64,000 nt of DNA from Candidatus Marinacidobacterales bacterium (GCA_965219415.1 CBDCNP010000002.1:4928001-4992000), one strand, 5' to 3'. Counted from the stretch's first letter, positions 31,087 through 44,300 are shown. The notes: generated by a model not told the origin, from the letters alone. Numbers and translations: made by a program.

Positions 31087-32551
31087 TAGTTCCTTCTGGG
31101 AAAAAGCGCCGTAGGGACTCGCTCGAAACAGGTTGTCCCAACGGCGTTAAGGTAAACATGAGTAGCCCGGAAATAAACAGTCCGGGCAGAATCGGGTGGA
31201 CGACCTTGGCCCAAGACACATCGGCCAGGGTGAGTACCGTCCAAACCGCGGTCGTGAGTCCCCCCCAGACGCAAGACGCTACCGCCGCTTGCCTGGAAAC
31301 GCGGCAGTTCGTCAGGCCGACGAGCAGCGGGAAAAAGAAACTGGCCCCGACAATGGCGAGGGCGTAGGCGACCAGCTCTAATATTAGCGCAACATCGGGC
31401 ACCGAGCCGAAAAACGCCAAGGCGCCGCCGACGAGAATCGTATAGCGAGAAATGCGCAGGTAGTAGCGTTCGTCCCGGACGATTCCGCGCGGCTCATGCA
31501 CGCACTTCCTCACCACGTCGTGGGCGATGGCGGCACCCGACATGAGTAGCAGCGAATCGGTGGTCGACATGATGGCGCACGCGACACCGGTAAGTGCGAT
31601 CGCCGCGAGGGCCGGGGTGAGCGTTTGCGCCACCAGAGCCGGGAACGCCTGATCAGGAGTCGCGATCGAGTCCCAGACCAGAACCCTCGCCGCCGCTCCC
31701 AAGTAGACGCCGGTGAAAACCAGCAGACCCATGACGATCAAAGCCGTCCATGGGAGGGCGCGCCGGGCAACTTTGTCATCGCGCGCGGCGAAGACCTTGG
31801 TGACCAACTCGAGTCGAGTGCTGTAGGCGACGAGCACCAAGATGTACCAGGAAAGTAGGAACGTCCAAGACCAGGTCACGCCGGTCGGTGAGGTCCAGCC
31901 GGGGGCCACCTCTTCAACCTTGAGAAGCACCTCGAACCATCCTCCTGCCGCGCTGGAGACGCCCACCGCCACGACGATGAGCCCCAACCACATCATCAAG
32001 AACTGCGCCGCGTTCGTCCAGACGATCGCCAGGAGGCCACCCAAGGCGACATAGGAAACGAAAATGACGGTCCCCAATAGCTGCCCCCAGATCACGTCGA
32101 TGCCCAACAGTCTTTCGAGAACGAATCCCATGCCCCTAATCTGCGCGATCAGATAAATCACGCTGGTGAGAGCCACGACGCCGGCGCTCCAGGCGCGGAG
32201 AAATCGGCTGTCGAAGCGGTCTCCCATGTAGTCGGGGAGCGTGAAGCCTCCCGACTTCCGGAGTTTCTTGGCGAAGAAAAACAAGATGACGGCAAAGCCC
32301 AGCGCATACGCGAAAGTGGTGGTGATCGCCACGCCGCCGATGTGGCCAGCGAATGCCAGATGACTCATGATCGCCCCGCCGTGGACCATGGCCGCCACGT
32401 TGGCCATGACCATCATCGGTACGCCGAAACGACGGCCGGCAACCCAGAAGTCTTCGGAAGTCTTTTGAAAGCGGAAGGAAACCAGGCCGATGACGACCAT
32501 CACCCCCAGATAGACGGCGAAGACAATGGGGCCGATGGTGCCGAGCGGCAT
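31076..32551 (-). CDS. Sodium:solute symporter family protein
   Basis: Many TM helices; DFWVAGR, TLPDYMGDRF, YVALGGLLAIVWTN..Q, AIMSTTDSLL. Confidence 0.92.
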   Translation of the reverse strand: MPLGTIGPIVFAVYLGVMVVIGLVSFRFQKTSEDFWVAGRRFGVPMMVMANVAAMVHGGAIMSHLAFAGHIGGVAITTTFAYALGFAVILFFFAKKLRKSGGFTLPDYMGDRFDSRFLRAWSAGVVALTSVIYLIAQIRGMGFVLERLLGIDVIWGQLLGTVIFVSYVALGGLLAIVWTNAAQFLMMWLGLIVVAVGVSSAAGGWFEVLLKVEEVAPGWTSPTGVTWSWTFLLSWYILVLVAYSTRLELVTKVFAARDDKVARRALPWTALIVMGLLVFTGVYLGAAARVLVWDSIATPDQAFPALVAQTLTPALAAIALTGVACAIMSTTDSLLLMSGAAIAHDVVRKCVHEPRGIVRDERYYLRISRYTILVGGALAFFGSVPDVALILELVAYALAIVGASFFFPLLVGLTNCRVSRQAAVASCVWGGLTTAVWTVLTLADVSWAKVVHPILPGLFISGLLMFTLTPLGQPVSSESLRRFFPEGTNGG

Positions 32552-32563
32552 AGAAGCCAGGGA

Positions 32564-33067
32564 CTACATCTGGACGTCTTTGGGGTCGACGTTCCAGACC
32601 GACAGCTCGAGCGTGATCCCGTTCGGGTCGGTCAACGTAATCGTGTCGAGAATCTCATGGGAAATCGTGGTGTAGGCGACGTTCCGCTCTTTGAGGCGCT
32701 TTTCGACCGCGGCGTACTGTTCCCGGGTAACCGTGAGGGCCCCATGGTGGTATCCGCCTTTTCCGACCTTGGCAGGCTCATTGACGTTGTTGAGACGCAG
32801 GAAAGCCAGGAGCTCGCCACGACCCATATCGAAGAAGACCTGGGTGGATTGAGGGTCGTTGTCCATCGCTCGCACGCGCAGCATCTTCAAGCGGATCACC
32901 TGGGTATAGAACTCGATGGTCTTGTCGATATCCCTGGTGATGAAGGCCAGGTGATTGACTCCATCGGCCTCGCTCTCGAACCCGGTGTAGGTGCTGTCCT
33001 TGTCCTTGATGTAGCGGGCGATGAGGTCTTCCCGCTCCTTCTCTGCTTCCTGCACACTCATTGACAT
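32564..33067 (-). CDS. VOC/glyoxalase family protein
   Basis: RBS GGGAGG; GVNHLAFITRDIDKTIEFY..V, HHGAL, TDPNGITLEL. Confidence 0.9.
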   Translation of the reverse strand: MSMSVQEAEKEREDLIARYIKDKDSTYTGFESEADGVNHLAFITRDIDKTIEFYTQVIRLKMLRVRAMDNDPQSTQVFFDMGRGELLAFLRLNNVNEPAKVGKGGYHHGALTVTREQYAAVEKRLKERNVAYTTISHEILDTITLTDPNGITLELSVWNVDPKDVQM

Positions 33068-33135
33068 TCCAAACCTCCCTGTAAACGCGTGGCAAGAAGT
33101 AACACGTTGCTGGCTGGCTCTGCAAGCGCATTTCC

Positions 33136-34335
33136 GGTGCTTCCGCAATTAAGTGTTGGCGGCCAGCCCCTAACCGGTCTGCGTGCTAGAGTTTGAACCA
33201 GAATTCCGAAGACACAGTTCTCTCATCGTCAGGGCCGAGCCAAAGTGAAGAATCGCAGATGTCTCAATCTCGCATGTCCGTTGCGGGGCAAAGTCAGTTC
33301 CGGAAACATCGTTCGCCACGGATTCTACAGAACGAGGTCCGGGAAACGCCGTCGATACCGGTGCGGCGAGTGCGGAAAGACGTTCTCCTCGACGAAAGGC
33401 ACGCCCTACTACCGTCTCCAACATCGAAGAGCTACTTTCGATGGGGTCATCGCTCTCAGAGTCGAGGGTGTCAGCATTTCCTCGATTTCCCGGATCAAAG
33501 GGATTGCCTGGAACACCGTCGCCCGCTGGCTCGAGAAGGCAGCCCAAGTGTGTCGTCGATTCAATCACAGAAGGATCGCTGGCTTCGCTGCCGAAGAGCT
33601 TCAAGCCGACGAGATTCGCACGTTCGCGGGCAACAAGAAGACACCGAGTTGGGTCTTCGTTACAATCGAAGTCTGGTCTCGGCTCTGGCCATCGACGGTG
33701 ACGGGAAGGCGAAGCTACCGGAACACTCACGCTCTGTTTCGCGACCTTTCGAGACGGATGAATTTCGAGCGTCTTCCCTTGATCGTCACGGATGGATTCG
33801 AATTCTACCAGAAGGTCATCCGTCGCTTCTTCGGTCCAGCGTGTCTCTACGGCCAGGTCCTAAAAACGCGCAGGAACGATCGCATCATCAAGGTCGAACG
33901 CAGAGCGCTGCACGGAGCCGCGTGGCGATTCGAAGACGCGCTCAATAACTCCGAGGACTCTTCGACATTGAACACGTCGTTCATCGAGCGGTTGAATCTG
34001 ACCATCCGGCAAAGCTCGGCATACCTTTCGAGACGAACGCTTTCCCACGCTCGCTCGACGGAGAGGCTCGATGAGCACCTGGAGTTGCTCCGTTGCTATT
34101 ACAACTTCGTCCGACCGCACGGAGCTCTGAAGTTCGGACGTGAGATCCGAACTCCGGCTATGCAGGCTGGTCTGACCACGCGACGGCTCACCTTTCGAGA
34201 CATCTTCTTGGCGACGACGATTCCTTTGTGGTCGCGGATCGAGGTTTTCCTGCTCAGTAGGGCGCGCAACCCAGTCTCTTCTGCACCTGTACCACTGCCC
34301 GCAGCTGCGTAGCAACACTTGATGGCGGAAGCACC
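33136..34335 (+). mobile_element. IS1-family element, copy 3 (transposase 33245-34312)
   Basis: Same TIRs, 1200 bp. Confidence 0.93.
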
Positions 34336-35193
34336 AGGATAAGCGCACAGAAGTCGACTGCTGACGTCATAAACCGGACGCTAAGTCAAATCAAGAAGCT
34401 AGCCAATGACGCGGCCGCAACTGCGCGCGAGGAACTAGACTCTTGGATTGAGAACACGCAGACGTTGAAGTACGAGTTCGATGATAGCCATGGCAAGCGC
34501 GTCACGGATGCATACTTTGCAGGCGGAGAACCATTCAGTAGGCCGAAGCACAGGATGGATTTTCCAGACGCGTTCATCTACGAGTCGGTCAAGGATATTT
34601 CCGCTAAGCGTGGAACACTGCACGTGATTGTGGCTGACGTAAATCTCAAAGACGCCTGCGAACGTTTAGGAAACGTGCGGACGTACAACTCCATCGAAGA
34701 GTTCATACGCTTGCCCGAGTGCCAGAAGTTGCTGAGCAATCTGGATAAAGTCATAAGCATTGATAGAATTAGGGACAGATTGCCGAAAGAATTGGGAGTT
34801 ACCGAGAAGGATCTGGGGAGCCGAGTCATTGACCTTATAGCCGACAGGATAGTCACGGGCTCAAGACTAGACGACGATAATGAAGCGCTGGTCTGTTGGG
34901 TCGAAACGCCGCGCGACACGGAGTTCAAGTTCGATCAGGCGGAGTATTACGGTGAGGGAAAAATTGGCATTCCGTTTACAACCGTCGTGCAGTGCGGGCT
35001 CGACTTTTTTTCCATCTTTGCAGTAGAGATTCGTCCTGCAGTAGAGATCCGTGATGTCGATATTGAGGGCCGATTGATTCTACGGCTACCGACTGACGAA
35101 CTTCGGCGCTACGAGCGAACCGACGAGGATCTGAATGTGCTGATCAACGAGGACGACTACGTCGTAGAAATCGACCGGTCGGTAGCCGGCTGA
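34336..35193 (+). pseudogene. PIN-like domain protein (DUF4935-like), 5'-truncated by IS1
   Basis: Frame is open from the IS1 end; YFAGGEPFS.PKHRMDFPDAFIYES...VIVAD. Confidence 0.6.
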
Positions 35194-35204
35194 TCGGGAC
35201 GCAT

Positions 35205-35285
35205 GCCCCGGCCTCGATTCTGAGCCTCTCGGGTGGCCCCTTTTCCGCCACCGCACGGCCCGGTCAGCGCCCGTTCTCCTATTGG
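35205..35285 (+). repeat. Partial copy of the ~315-bp conserved element
   Basis: CCCCGGCCTCGATTCTGAGCCTCTCGGGTGGCCCCTTTTCC...CGGTCAGCGCCCGTTCTCC. Confidence 0.85.
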
Positions 35286-35333
35286 GGGTTGTCCCTTCCA
35301 TAAACTTGAGCTGCGTGAGATTGGCAAACTGCC

Positions 35334-36533
35334 GGTGCTTCCGCAATTAAGTGTTGGCGGCCAGCCCCTAACCGGTCTGCGTGCTAGAGTTTGGACCAGA
35401 ATTCCGAAGACACAGTTCTCTCATCGTCAGGGCCGAGCCAAAGTGAAGAATCGCAGATGTCTCAATCTCGCATGTCCGTTGCGGGGTAAAGTCAGTTCCG
35501 GAAACATCGTTCGCCACGGATTCTACCGAACCAGGTCCGGGAAACGCCGTCGATACCGGTGCGGCGAGTGCGGAAAGACGTTCTCTTCGACGACAGGCAC
35601 GCCCTACTACCGTCTCCAACATCGAAGAGCTACTTTCGATGGGGTCATCGCTCTCAGAGTCGAGGGTGTCAGCATTTCCGCGATTTCCCGGATCAAAGGG
35701 ATTGCCTGGAACACCGTCGCCCGCTGGCTCGAGAAGGCAGCCCAAGTGTGTCGTCGATTCAATCACAGAAGGATCGCTGGCTTCGCTGCCGAAGAGCTTC
35801 AAGCCGACGAGATTCGCACGTTCGCGGGCAACAAGAAGACACCGAGTTGGGTCTTCGTTACAATCGAGGTCTGGTCTCGGCTCTGGCCATCGACGGTGAC
35901 GGGAAGGCGAAGCTACCGGAACACTCACGCTCTGTTTCGCGACCTTTCGAGACGGATGAATTTCGAGCGTCTTCCCTTGATCGTCACGGATGGATTCGAA
36001 TTCTACCAGAAGGTCATCCGTCGCTTCTTCGGTCCAGCGTGTCTCTACGGCCAGGTCCTCAAAACGCGCAGGAACGATCGCATCATCAAGGTCGAACGGA
36101 AAGCGCTGCACGGAGCCGCGTGGCGATTCGAAGACGCGCTCAATAACTCCGAGGACTCCTCGACATTGAACACGTCGTTCATCGAGCGGTTAAATCTGAC
36201 CATCCGGCAAAGCTCGGCATACCTTTCGAGACGAACGCTTTCCCACGCTCGCTCGACGGAGAGGCTCGATGAGCACCTAGAGTTGCTCCGTTGCTATTAC
36301 AACTTCGTCCGACCGCACGGAGCTCTGAAGTTCGGACGTGAGATCCGAACTCCGGCTATGCAGGCTGGTCTGACGACGCGACGGCTCACCTTTCGAGACA
36401 TCTTCTTGGCGACGACGATTCCTTTGTGGTCGCGGATCGAGGTTTTCGTGCTCAGTTGGGCGCGCAACCCGGCCTCTTCCGCACCTGTACCACTGCCCGC
36501 AGCCGCGTAGCAACACTTGATGGCGGAAGCACC
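35334..36533 (+). mobile_element. IS1-family element, copy 4 (transposase 35443-36510)
   Basis: Same TIRs, 1200 bp. Confidence 0.93.
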
Positions 36534-36822
36534 CGTGAGTGTCTCGACCACGTGATCGTCCTTGATGAGCGGCACCTGAGGCGAATCCTACGCAAATACG
36601 TCGACTACTATCATTCGTGCCGGACTCATTTGTCGCTTGAGAAGGACGCGCCTGAGCCTCGCCGGGTAGAGTCACTGGCGATGGGCAAAGTGAGAGCCAT
36701 TCCAAAGATCGGTGGTCTCCATCATTATTACACTCGACGCGCTGCTTGAGCCGATCCGCTCGGAACGGCTGCCGGACTTCGCACCAGCTTACACCTCTAC
36801 CCCTGAGTAGAGCCGACGCCGG
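36534..36822 (+). mobile_element. Family-C integrase 3' fragment plus downstream sequence
   Basis: RECLDHVIVLDERHLRRIL...GGLHHYYTRRAA; the tail is shared with about 18535-18628. Confidence 0.85.
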
Positions 36823-37443
36823 CTCTTAAAACGTCCTACATGAAGACGACCAAAGCATTCCGGTTGCAGGAAGTTCGCCAATCTCATACAGCTCGAGTTT
36901 ATGGAAGGGACAAGTACTCGTAAAGCGTGGTCCGTGCCCATATCCACGGACGGAACTTCAGGATCGGTCTTGCGGTGCGCCGTGTCATGGTTCTGTCCTC
37001 GCTGGTTGTGCCGCCGGAACGCGGAGGCGTGCATAGAATGCCGAGCCACCTGCCGCCACCCTGTAGGCGACGCCGGGCCGAGCGGGAGCGGCTGCAGTAT
37101 ATTGTGCGAATAGACAGATCTGGCCGCTTTCCGGCGCTGCCCGGGCGCATGGAGGCCCATCGAGCGTTCCGGGATTCCGTGTCCCACGTCGTTGGGAATC
37201 GGGAGCACCCAGTGAGGATGGACCTCGGGGTGGCGCGGACGTTCGCCGAGAGCATCGTCGGCGTCGGCGTTCTGGTCGAACTGGACCGGATCTTCTCGCA
37301 TGGGGCCGACGGTTAGGGTCGGCACCCTGGCTCGCGACGCCGGCGCTGCACCACGGGATCGTCGGTCGGGGAACGCGGGCCCACGACATACGGCGCGAGG
37401 GTATGTGCGGGCGCGGAATCGCGCCGAGCGGAGGAGCACACGG

Positions 37444-38494
37444 ATGAAGGAGGGAACAAGGGGAGTCGAGGCCACAACCGGTCTGGTCCAGCTGGGTTGG
37501 CCGGGCGGGGCGCTGACGCTCAGGTATACGGGCATTGCGACCGTCGACAAGGAAGCGCAGGACGAAATCAGAAACGTCATGCAGCAGTTCCAGGGGAACT
37601 GCCAGATGATGCTGGTCTGGTTCGCGGGCGTGGTCGGGAGCCAGGACGCGATACGCCAGCACCTCGACGAAGTATCCCAGCGGAGTGAAACGCTCTCGGT
37701 CAGCAGCTTCCGCCCCGACGGCAGGGACGAGTCGGTATTGGCCCGGTTGCCCGTGGAGAAGGTCATCGAGGCCTTCGCCAACGCGGGTGCGTTCGAGAGG
37801 CTCTACGCGAAGGCCTTCGTGGTCTTTACGTTCCAGATCTGGGAGGAGGTGGCCCGTCCCGGGATCGCCGTCGCCCTGAAGGTGAAGCCTAATCATGTGC
37901 AGGCGGACCTGATAGGCGAGTGGCGTCGGCTGAGGAATTGGCTCGTGCACCGGAACAAGGACGCCGAGGACGAGTTTTTCGGGAACGCCGTGAAGCTGCC
38001 CGGGTTGTTGGAATTGCGACGGGAAGACCCCGGCCTCACGGCCGGCATGGTCTACGTTCTGATGCGAGAGCTGAACCGGATGCAGGTCGACGTGAACCCG
38101 GAGTCGCTGCAGTTCGGGCTGGAGCTCGCGCCGGTGGACGCGGGAATGATCGCTGGCGTCGCGAAGACCCTGGAATCGGGGGCTGGAGCGTTCGTGCCCG
38201 CCGAGGCGGCCATGTACCCGTCGAGGGTGCTCATCGTGTTCAACAGCGAAACCGCCACGATCCACGAGCGCGACTGCGATCGGAAAGACACCGAGTTCCA
38301 AAGCGTCGACGGCGGGCGCTGGGTCGGCGTGAGTTCGTTGGAGGTAGCCCGCGAGGTAATCGAGAACATCTCGGGAAGCAGGAGCGTCTGTGCGAGCACT
38401 GCATGGTACGACAGGGGTGATGTCGCACGATGCGCGGACGCAACCGGAGTTGCGGCTGGGGGCGGCGGAGATTTCATGTTGCTGGTGGGCGACA
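37444..38494 (+). CDS. Hypothetical protein with a HEPN-like R-x4-H motif; 3' end disrupted by a family-A fragment
   Basis: Helical region AFVVFTFQIWEE...DLIGEWRRLRNWLVH. Confidence 0.55.
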
Positions 38495-39296
38495 CTGAAG
38501 AAAGAGCGCCCACGCCCACCGCTCAACGACACGGAACGGGCTTTCTGGGTTGCCCTTCGAGGTTCGTGGCCCGTGTGGGCGAGCCGCCTGCTCATCGTCC
38601 ACGCGGACACCGTGGCCCGTTGGCATCGCGACCGATTCCGACGGTACTGGGCAAATATCTCGCAGCGCCGCCATCCCGGTCGGCCTCGGATTGATGCCGA
38701 GATTCGTCGCCTCGTCCGCACGATGGCGCAAGACGGCTGGGGGGCGCCACGCATCCATGCTGAGCTCACCAAGCTCGGTTTCATCATCTCCGAGAGCACG
38801 GTGTCGCGATACCTGCCGCGGCGTCCCGCGGAGCCCGACCAGCTGAAACGATGGATGGCTTTCTTGCGCAACCATAAAGACGATATCGCCGCCATGGATC
38901 TGTTCACCGTGCCCACCGCTTCGCTCCGGCTGCTGTACGGCTTCTTCGTCATCGAGCACGGTCGTCGGCACATCGTTCACTTCAACGCCACGTTCCACCC
39001 GACGTCTGCTTGGGTTATTCAGCAACTACGCAAGGCGTTTCCCTACGACACCGCTCCGAGATATCTCATCTTCGACCGCGACTTCATCTTTAGCGCTGCG
39101 GTCATCGAGTTCATCAAGGCAACGGGCACAAAACCCGTTCGCACTTCGTTTTGCAGCCCATGGCAAAACGGAACCGCGGAGCGGTCGGTCGGCAGCTGCC
39201 GTCGCGAGTTCCTTGAGCACGTCGTGGTTCTCGGCGCATGTCATCTCGTCCGGCTCGTGCGAGCTTACATCAGCTACTATCATGAGGACCGTTGCC
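38495..39296 (+). mobile_element. Family-A internal fragment, both ends lost
   Basis: LKKERPRPPL...YYHEDRC; interrupted by the next element. Confidence 0.88.
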
Positions 39297-40642
39297 TGTG
39301 CATCATCAATATCCGTCCGCTCCTGAAATCAAGGACTTACGCACCGTTCACGCCTCGGCCAACGAGCGCATCTCCCGCTTGAGATCCCGGTCTTGAGACG
39401 GCAAACTCTGCCGCCATGCTCCGTGTCCTCATCTTCCTCGTCTCACTCGGCGCCCGTGCGATCCGGGCGATGTGTCGGTGCCGAGCCGACCTCGTGATTG
39501 AAAACCTGGCCCTGCGGCAGCAAGTTACGGCGTTGAAGAAGGAGCGCCCCCGGCCACCGCTCGAGGACACGGACCGAGCATTCTGGGTTGCGCTCCGAAG
39601 CTCGTGGCCAGCGTGGGCGAGCCGGCTCGTTATCGTGAACGCCGACACGGTCGCCCGGTGGAATCGAGATCGGTTCCGCCGATACTGGGCTCGGATCTCC
39701 CGTCCGCGCTATCCAGGTCGACCTCGGATTGATGCCGAGATTCGTCGTCTCGTCCGCACGATGGCCCAAGACGGCTGGGGTGCACCTCGTATCCACGCTG
39801 AGCTGACGAAGCTCGGATTCGTTGTCAGCGAGATGACGGTGTCGCGATACATGCCGCACCGCCGAGCCGAACCCGACGAAGTGAAGCGATGGATTGCGTT
39901 CTTGCGGAACCACAAGGACGACATCGCCGCGATGGATCTGTTCGCCGTACCGACGGCGTCGCTACGGCTGCTGTACGGCTTCTTCGTCATCGAGCACGGC
40001 CGTCGCCATATCTTGCACTTCAACGCGACGTACAACCCCACGTCAGCGTGGGTGATTCAACAACTGCGCGAGGCGTTCCCATACGACACGGCACCACGAT
40101 ACTTGGTCTTTGACCGCGACGCGATTTTCAGCCCTGCAGTGGTGGAGTTCATCAGGGCCATGGGCACAAAGCCTGTTCGCATTTCTTATCGCAGCCCTTG
40201 GCAAAACGGTACCGCCGAACGCTGGATCGGAAACTGCCGCCGCGAGAGGTTAGAGCATGTAGTTGTCCTCAGTGAGCGGCATCTCGTCCGGCTCATGCGC
40301 TTGTACATCAGCTACTACCACGAGGACCGTTGCCACTTGGGTCTCGACAAAGACACCCCGAACTCAAGACCCGTCACGCCCCGACCATCACCGACCGCAA
40401 AAGTCGTCGCGTTGCCGCGAGTGGGTGGGCTCCACCACCGCTACGAATGGCGCGACGACGCCTGAGCCAGTTTAGTCGCTGCGCGTCGATTGCTGGGGTC
40501 CCTCGCGATTGCGTTGTCCAGCTCCGCGGCCCATTGATCTCGTGATCTTGGCAAGTGCCCGCGCGCGCCGACCCGGGTTTCTTCGTTCGTCGTAGGGCCA
40601 CCAGCGGTACCATTCCCGCTGGATCAATAATGATGAAGGACA
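39297..40642 (+). mobile_element. Diverged family-A element (A'), complete, transposase 39416-40465
   Basis: Ends TGTGCATCATCAATAT and AATAATGATGAAGGACA; 349-aa DDE ORF paralogous to 7664-8713. Confidence 0.9.
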
Positions 40643-40687
40643 GGTGAGTTCGTTCGTATTTTCGGACACGACGGGCTTGACCCCTCT

Positions 40688-41203
40688 TTAGAATGTGGGG
40701 GGGAATGGAAATCTGATCTCAGGGATCCACATTCGGTCCTCAATCGTCATCTCGGTTCGATAATGGGAACCCGCAACGCTCTCGTATTCGATGATGACGA
40801 TGGCATTTTCAGGTAGCGAATTGACGATATGAGGGGATTTGAAGCAGCTAGACGGTCCAATCTCAGGCAGCTGGCACGATGTTTCCCCCTTCCCTTCTTC
40901 CCCTGTGTCCTTAACGTGGTATCGGCAGTTCACGGCTGGCCCAGTGCCAACGTTCGCAAAGTTCAGGTAGTTCATGGAGTCTTGATCGTTGGTGAGAGAA
41001 CCAGTTGTTCCTTTAAGCACCGCCATATCTGAAGGGTCGGCAGATCGTTTCAGGACAACGCAGGGTCGTGGTAATTGCTCGACGGCTGCGCCTGCCAGTG
41101 TTTTAGTGTCTCGCGCATACTTCCTCAAAACAGCGAGTGTACAAGAAAGCACCAACAAAGTCAGGAGGCCGACCACCAAGTTTAAACATTCGTACGTTGT
41201 CAT
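40688..41203 (-). CDS. Hypothetical single-pass membrane protein
   Basis: N-terminal TM, LPRPCVVL, NVGTGPAVN, IEYESVAG; downstream of hsdR on the same strand. Confidence 0.65.
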   Translation of the reverse strand: MTTYECLNLVVGLLTLLVLSCTLAVLRKYARDTKTLAGAAVEQLPRPCVVLKRSADPSDMAVLKGTTGSLTNDQDSMNYLNFANVGTGPAVNCRYHVKDTGEEGKGETSCQLPEIGPSSCFKSPHIVNSLPENAIVIIEYESVAGSHYRTEMTIEDRMWIPEIRFPFPPTF

Positions 41204-41310
41204 TCCCCTTATCCCCTTATTGCCCATTTCCAAGTTGATCGGCCGTTAGTCTCAACTTGGCAATGCCGACACCACTGTTGACTCCCATGAAGTCCATCTC
41301 TTTGGGTAGG

Positions 41311-44300
41311 CTACGCGGCCGATAGATCCTGCCCGCTGGCGCTTCTGTGCCAGACATAGTCGTAGACGCGCGAGGCGACATCCTCGGTATCGGCCTCGGT
41401 GAATGGCGGACGAGGTAGCGACTCATAGAGCCGATCCAGGATGAAGACCTTGACTTCGGCCCGCGTCGTCGCATGCTGAAGCCACCCTGGCATCGGCGCG
41501 AGCAGGCCGCGCAGTGACGACAGCAGGCCCCGACTCGCCTGTTTCAGGTGCTCTCGGTCCTTCTTGCTGATATTGTCCTTGAACAAAAGGTCAAACAGCG
41601 CCAACTCATCAGCGCTCAGGCCCTCTTTGGCGGCGCGTCGCTGTTCCGTGTCGAGGCTGGCTGCCAGGGCAACCAGTTGCGCAAAAGTGGCTTCAACGGT
41701 CGCCCGGTCTTTCTCGCGGTTGTAGTCGGCGATGATCTCCTGGTACTTCTTGTAGTAGTCCATCCGCATCGGGTTGCGGGCCAGTATCTGGCCCAACTTC
41801 TGCTCGACGACGACGCGAATATCCTGCAGCGCGGCGTGCTTGCGGCGCACCTTGCTGGCAAACTCGTTTCTGAGCTTCTCGAAATCGATCTGACTCAGGT
41901 CCACCGTGAGTCCTTCGGCGCGGTCGTCGCCCGGCGCAGCGGCACGAATCGCCTCGTTCACGATGCGGTGCAGTTCCTTCAGCACCTCGGTCACGTCAGC
42001 GGTGTCGCGCCTCTCCTGCAGTTTCTTGTAGATGGCCTCGATGTTGTCGTGCCGCTCCGCATAGGCCAGTGCGCTTAGTTCCATCAGGAGGGCCTTGAAG
42101 CGGATGAATATCTGGCGGGCCATGATCTCGAAGCGGTGCCTGGCTTCGTCCGAGGCGTAGAGCACGTCCACCGCATCACGCAGGGCTTCGATACGGTCAA
42201 ATCCGGTTGCGCCGTGCAGCCGGGCCGCATCGAAGCCAAGTCCGAGTAGGTGCTTCTCCGCCGCTTCGATGGCCTGGAGCAGGCTCGCCACCAGTTCCTC
42301 GATCGGAGCCACGATGCCCCCGGCACCGCCACCGTCGTCCTCGTCGCCCAGGGCGTACTGCGCCAACGCCTCGCGCAGGCTCTTGAGCATGCCGTTGTAG
42401 TCCACGATGACGCCGCAGTCCTTCCCGGGGAATACGCGGTTGGCACGGGCAATGGCCTGCATCAGGTTGTGAGCCTTCATCGGCTTGTCGATATAGAGCG
42501 TTGCCAGACACTCAACGTCGAAGCCGGTCAGCCACATCGCGCAGATGATCGCGACGCGGAAGGGATGCTGTGGGTCCTTGAACGCGTCCTCGACTGGCAC
42601 CCGCTCGCCGTCCGGCGTCTGAAAGCCGGTCTTCATCACCATCCGGTGCGGAATGATATCGAAGCCCCACCTCTGGAAGTCGCGAACCTCGTTCTGCGCC
42701 TCACTGATGACAATCTCGATGATCGTGCTCTCCATCCACTGCGCTTGGCTGCGCAGGGCATCGATCTCCGCCGTCAGGCGCTCGCGGCTGTCAGCGTCGG
42801 TGGCCACGGCACGCTCCGCCTCCTTGCCTGGGATCAGCGTCTGAATCCGGGCGAGCTTGGCCTTCCATCGTGGCTCGATGCGCTGAAACATCCGGGCGCA
42901 GGTGATCTTGTCGATGCACACCACCATGGACTTGCCCGTCTGCCAGCGGGTGGAGCAGTGCTCGACGACATCGTCGGCGAGCTTGTCGAGCCGGTCGTCG
43001 GCCGTGATCACCTCGTAGTCCTTGCCAAGCAGGTGCTCCAGCAGGGCTTGTTGATTCGGGTCGAGGTCGGTCTTCTCGATGGCGTCGGCGATCCGGTCGT
43101 TGAGATCGAGGCGGGCGATTCCCAGTTTCTCGCCCCGGTTCTCGTAGACCAGTTTGACCGTGGACTGATCCTCTTCGGAACGCTTGAAGTCGTAGCGCGA
43201 GATGTAGCTGCCAAAAATCCGCCGGGTCAGCTCATCGTGCCTGAAAAGCGGGGTCCCGGTGAACCCGATGAACGAAGCGTTGGGCAAGGCGAGGCGCATG
43301 TTGCGCGCGAACTTGCCTGCCTGCGTCCGGTGCGCCTCGTCCGATACGACGATGATGTCGTCACGCACGCTGTAAGGCTCGGTCACTGGCTGGTTGAACT
43401 TGTGGATCAGGCTGAAGACAAAGCGGTGATTGCCGCGCAGGATCTCCTGCAGCGCTTGGCCTGAGCCAGCCCGCGGGGTTTTCTCGTCCGACACGCGGCA
43501 GCCCACGAAGGTGCGCCAGATTTGGTCGTCCAGGTCTTCGCGGTCGGTCATCAGTAGGAAGGTGAAGTTACCGGGCACCACTCGGCGCACCTTCTCAGCG
43601 AAGAACACCATCGAGTAGGACTTGCCGCTGCCCTGCGTGTGCCAGAACACGCCCAGGCGTCCCAGGTCGTCATGCGCCCGCTTCACCAGCGGCAGTTCGT
43701 CCTCCGCCGCGCCACCGGCGGTGGCTTGCACCGCATAGGCCGAGTCAGGCGGCGCTTTAGCGGCCTCCAGCAGCTCCGGCTTCGGCACGCGATACTCGAT
43801 CAGGCGCTCAGCCGGAGGGAAACGACGCTTCAGCTCTTCTTGCTGCACGACAGACGCGACGGCGTTGTTGACGCCGAGCACCTGGTGGTTCCGCGCCACG
43901 ATCTTGCGTGTGCCACCCGCACGGCTGTCGTCGAACAGGATGAAGTTCTCGACCAGATCCAGCAGACGCTCCTTCGCCAGCATCCCGTCGAGCAGCGCCT
44001 CGGCATCCAGGCGCGCCTTGTCTTTCTCGGTGTTGCGCTTCCACTCGACGAAGTGCTCCCACTTGCTGGTGATCGAGCCGTAGCGGGCTTGGTCGCCATT
44101 GCTCACCACCAGGAATGCATTGTGATGGAAGGCGTGGGCGATGCTGTGCTCGGAGAGGTAGTCGGTCAAGTTGTCATCGAAGCCGGCGCGGATGTTCCGA
44201 TAGACCGCTTTCAGCTCGATGAAAACCAGTGGCAGGCCGTTTACGAAGCACACGAGATCGGCGCGTCGGTTGTAGTGCGGCACGCGCAAGCCCTCTATCT

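Noticed and set aside
35233-35442. N-terminal extensions of IS1 ORFs (425 aa, 392 aa) as fusion proteins
   Set aside because: These are read-through across the TIR. The conserved start is the GTG inside the element.
36985-38973. 662-aa minus-strand ORF
   Set aside because: It is the antisense shadow of the family-A fragment and the 37444 gene in GC-rich DNA, with no motifs.
42250-43464. 404-aa plus-strand ORF (and 46225-47313)
   Set aside because: They are antisense to hsdR and hsdM, a typical high-GC shadow ORF pattern.
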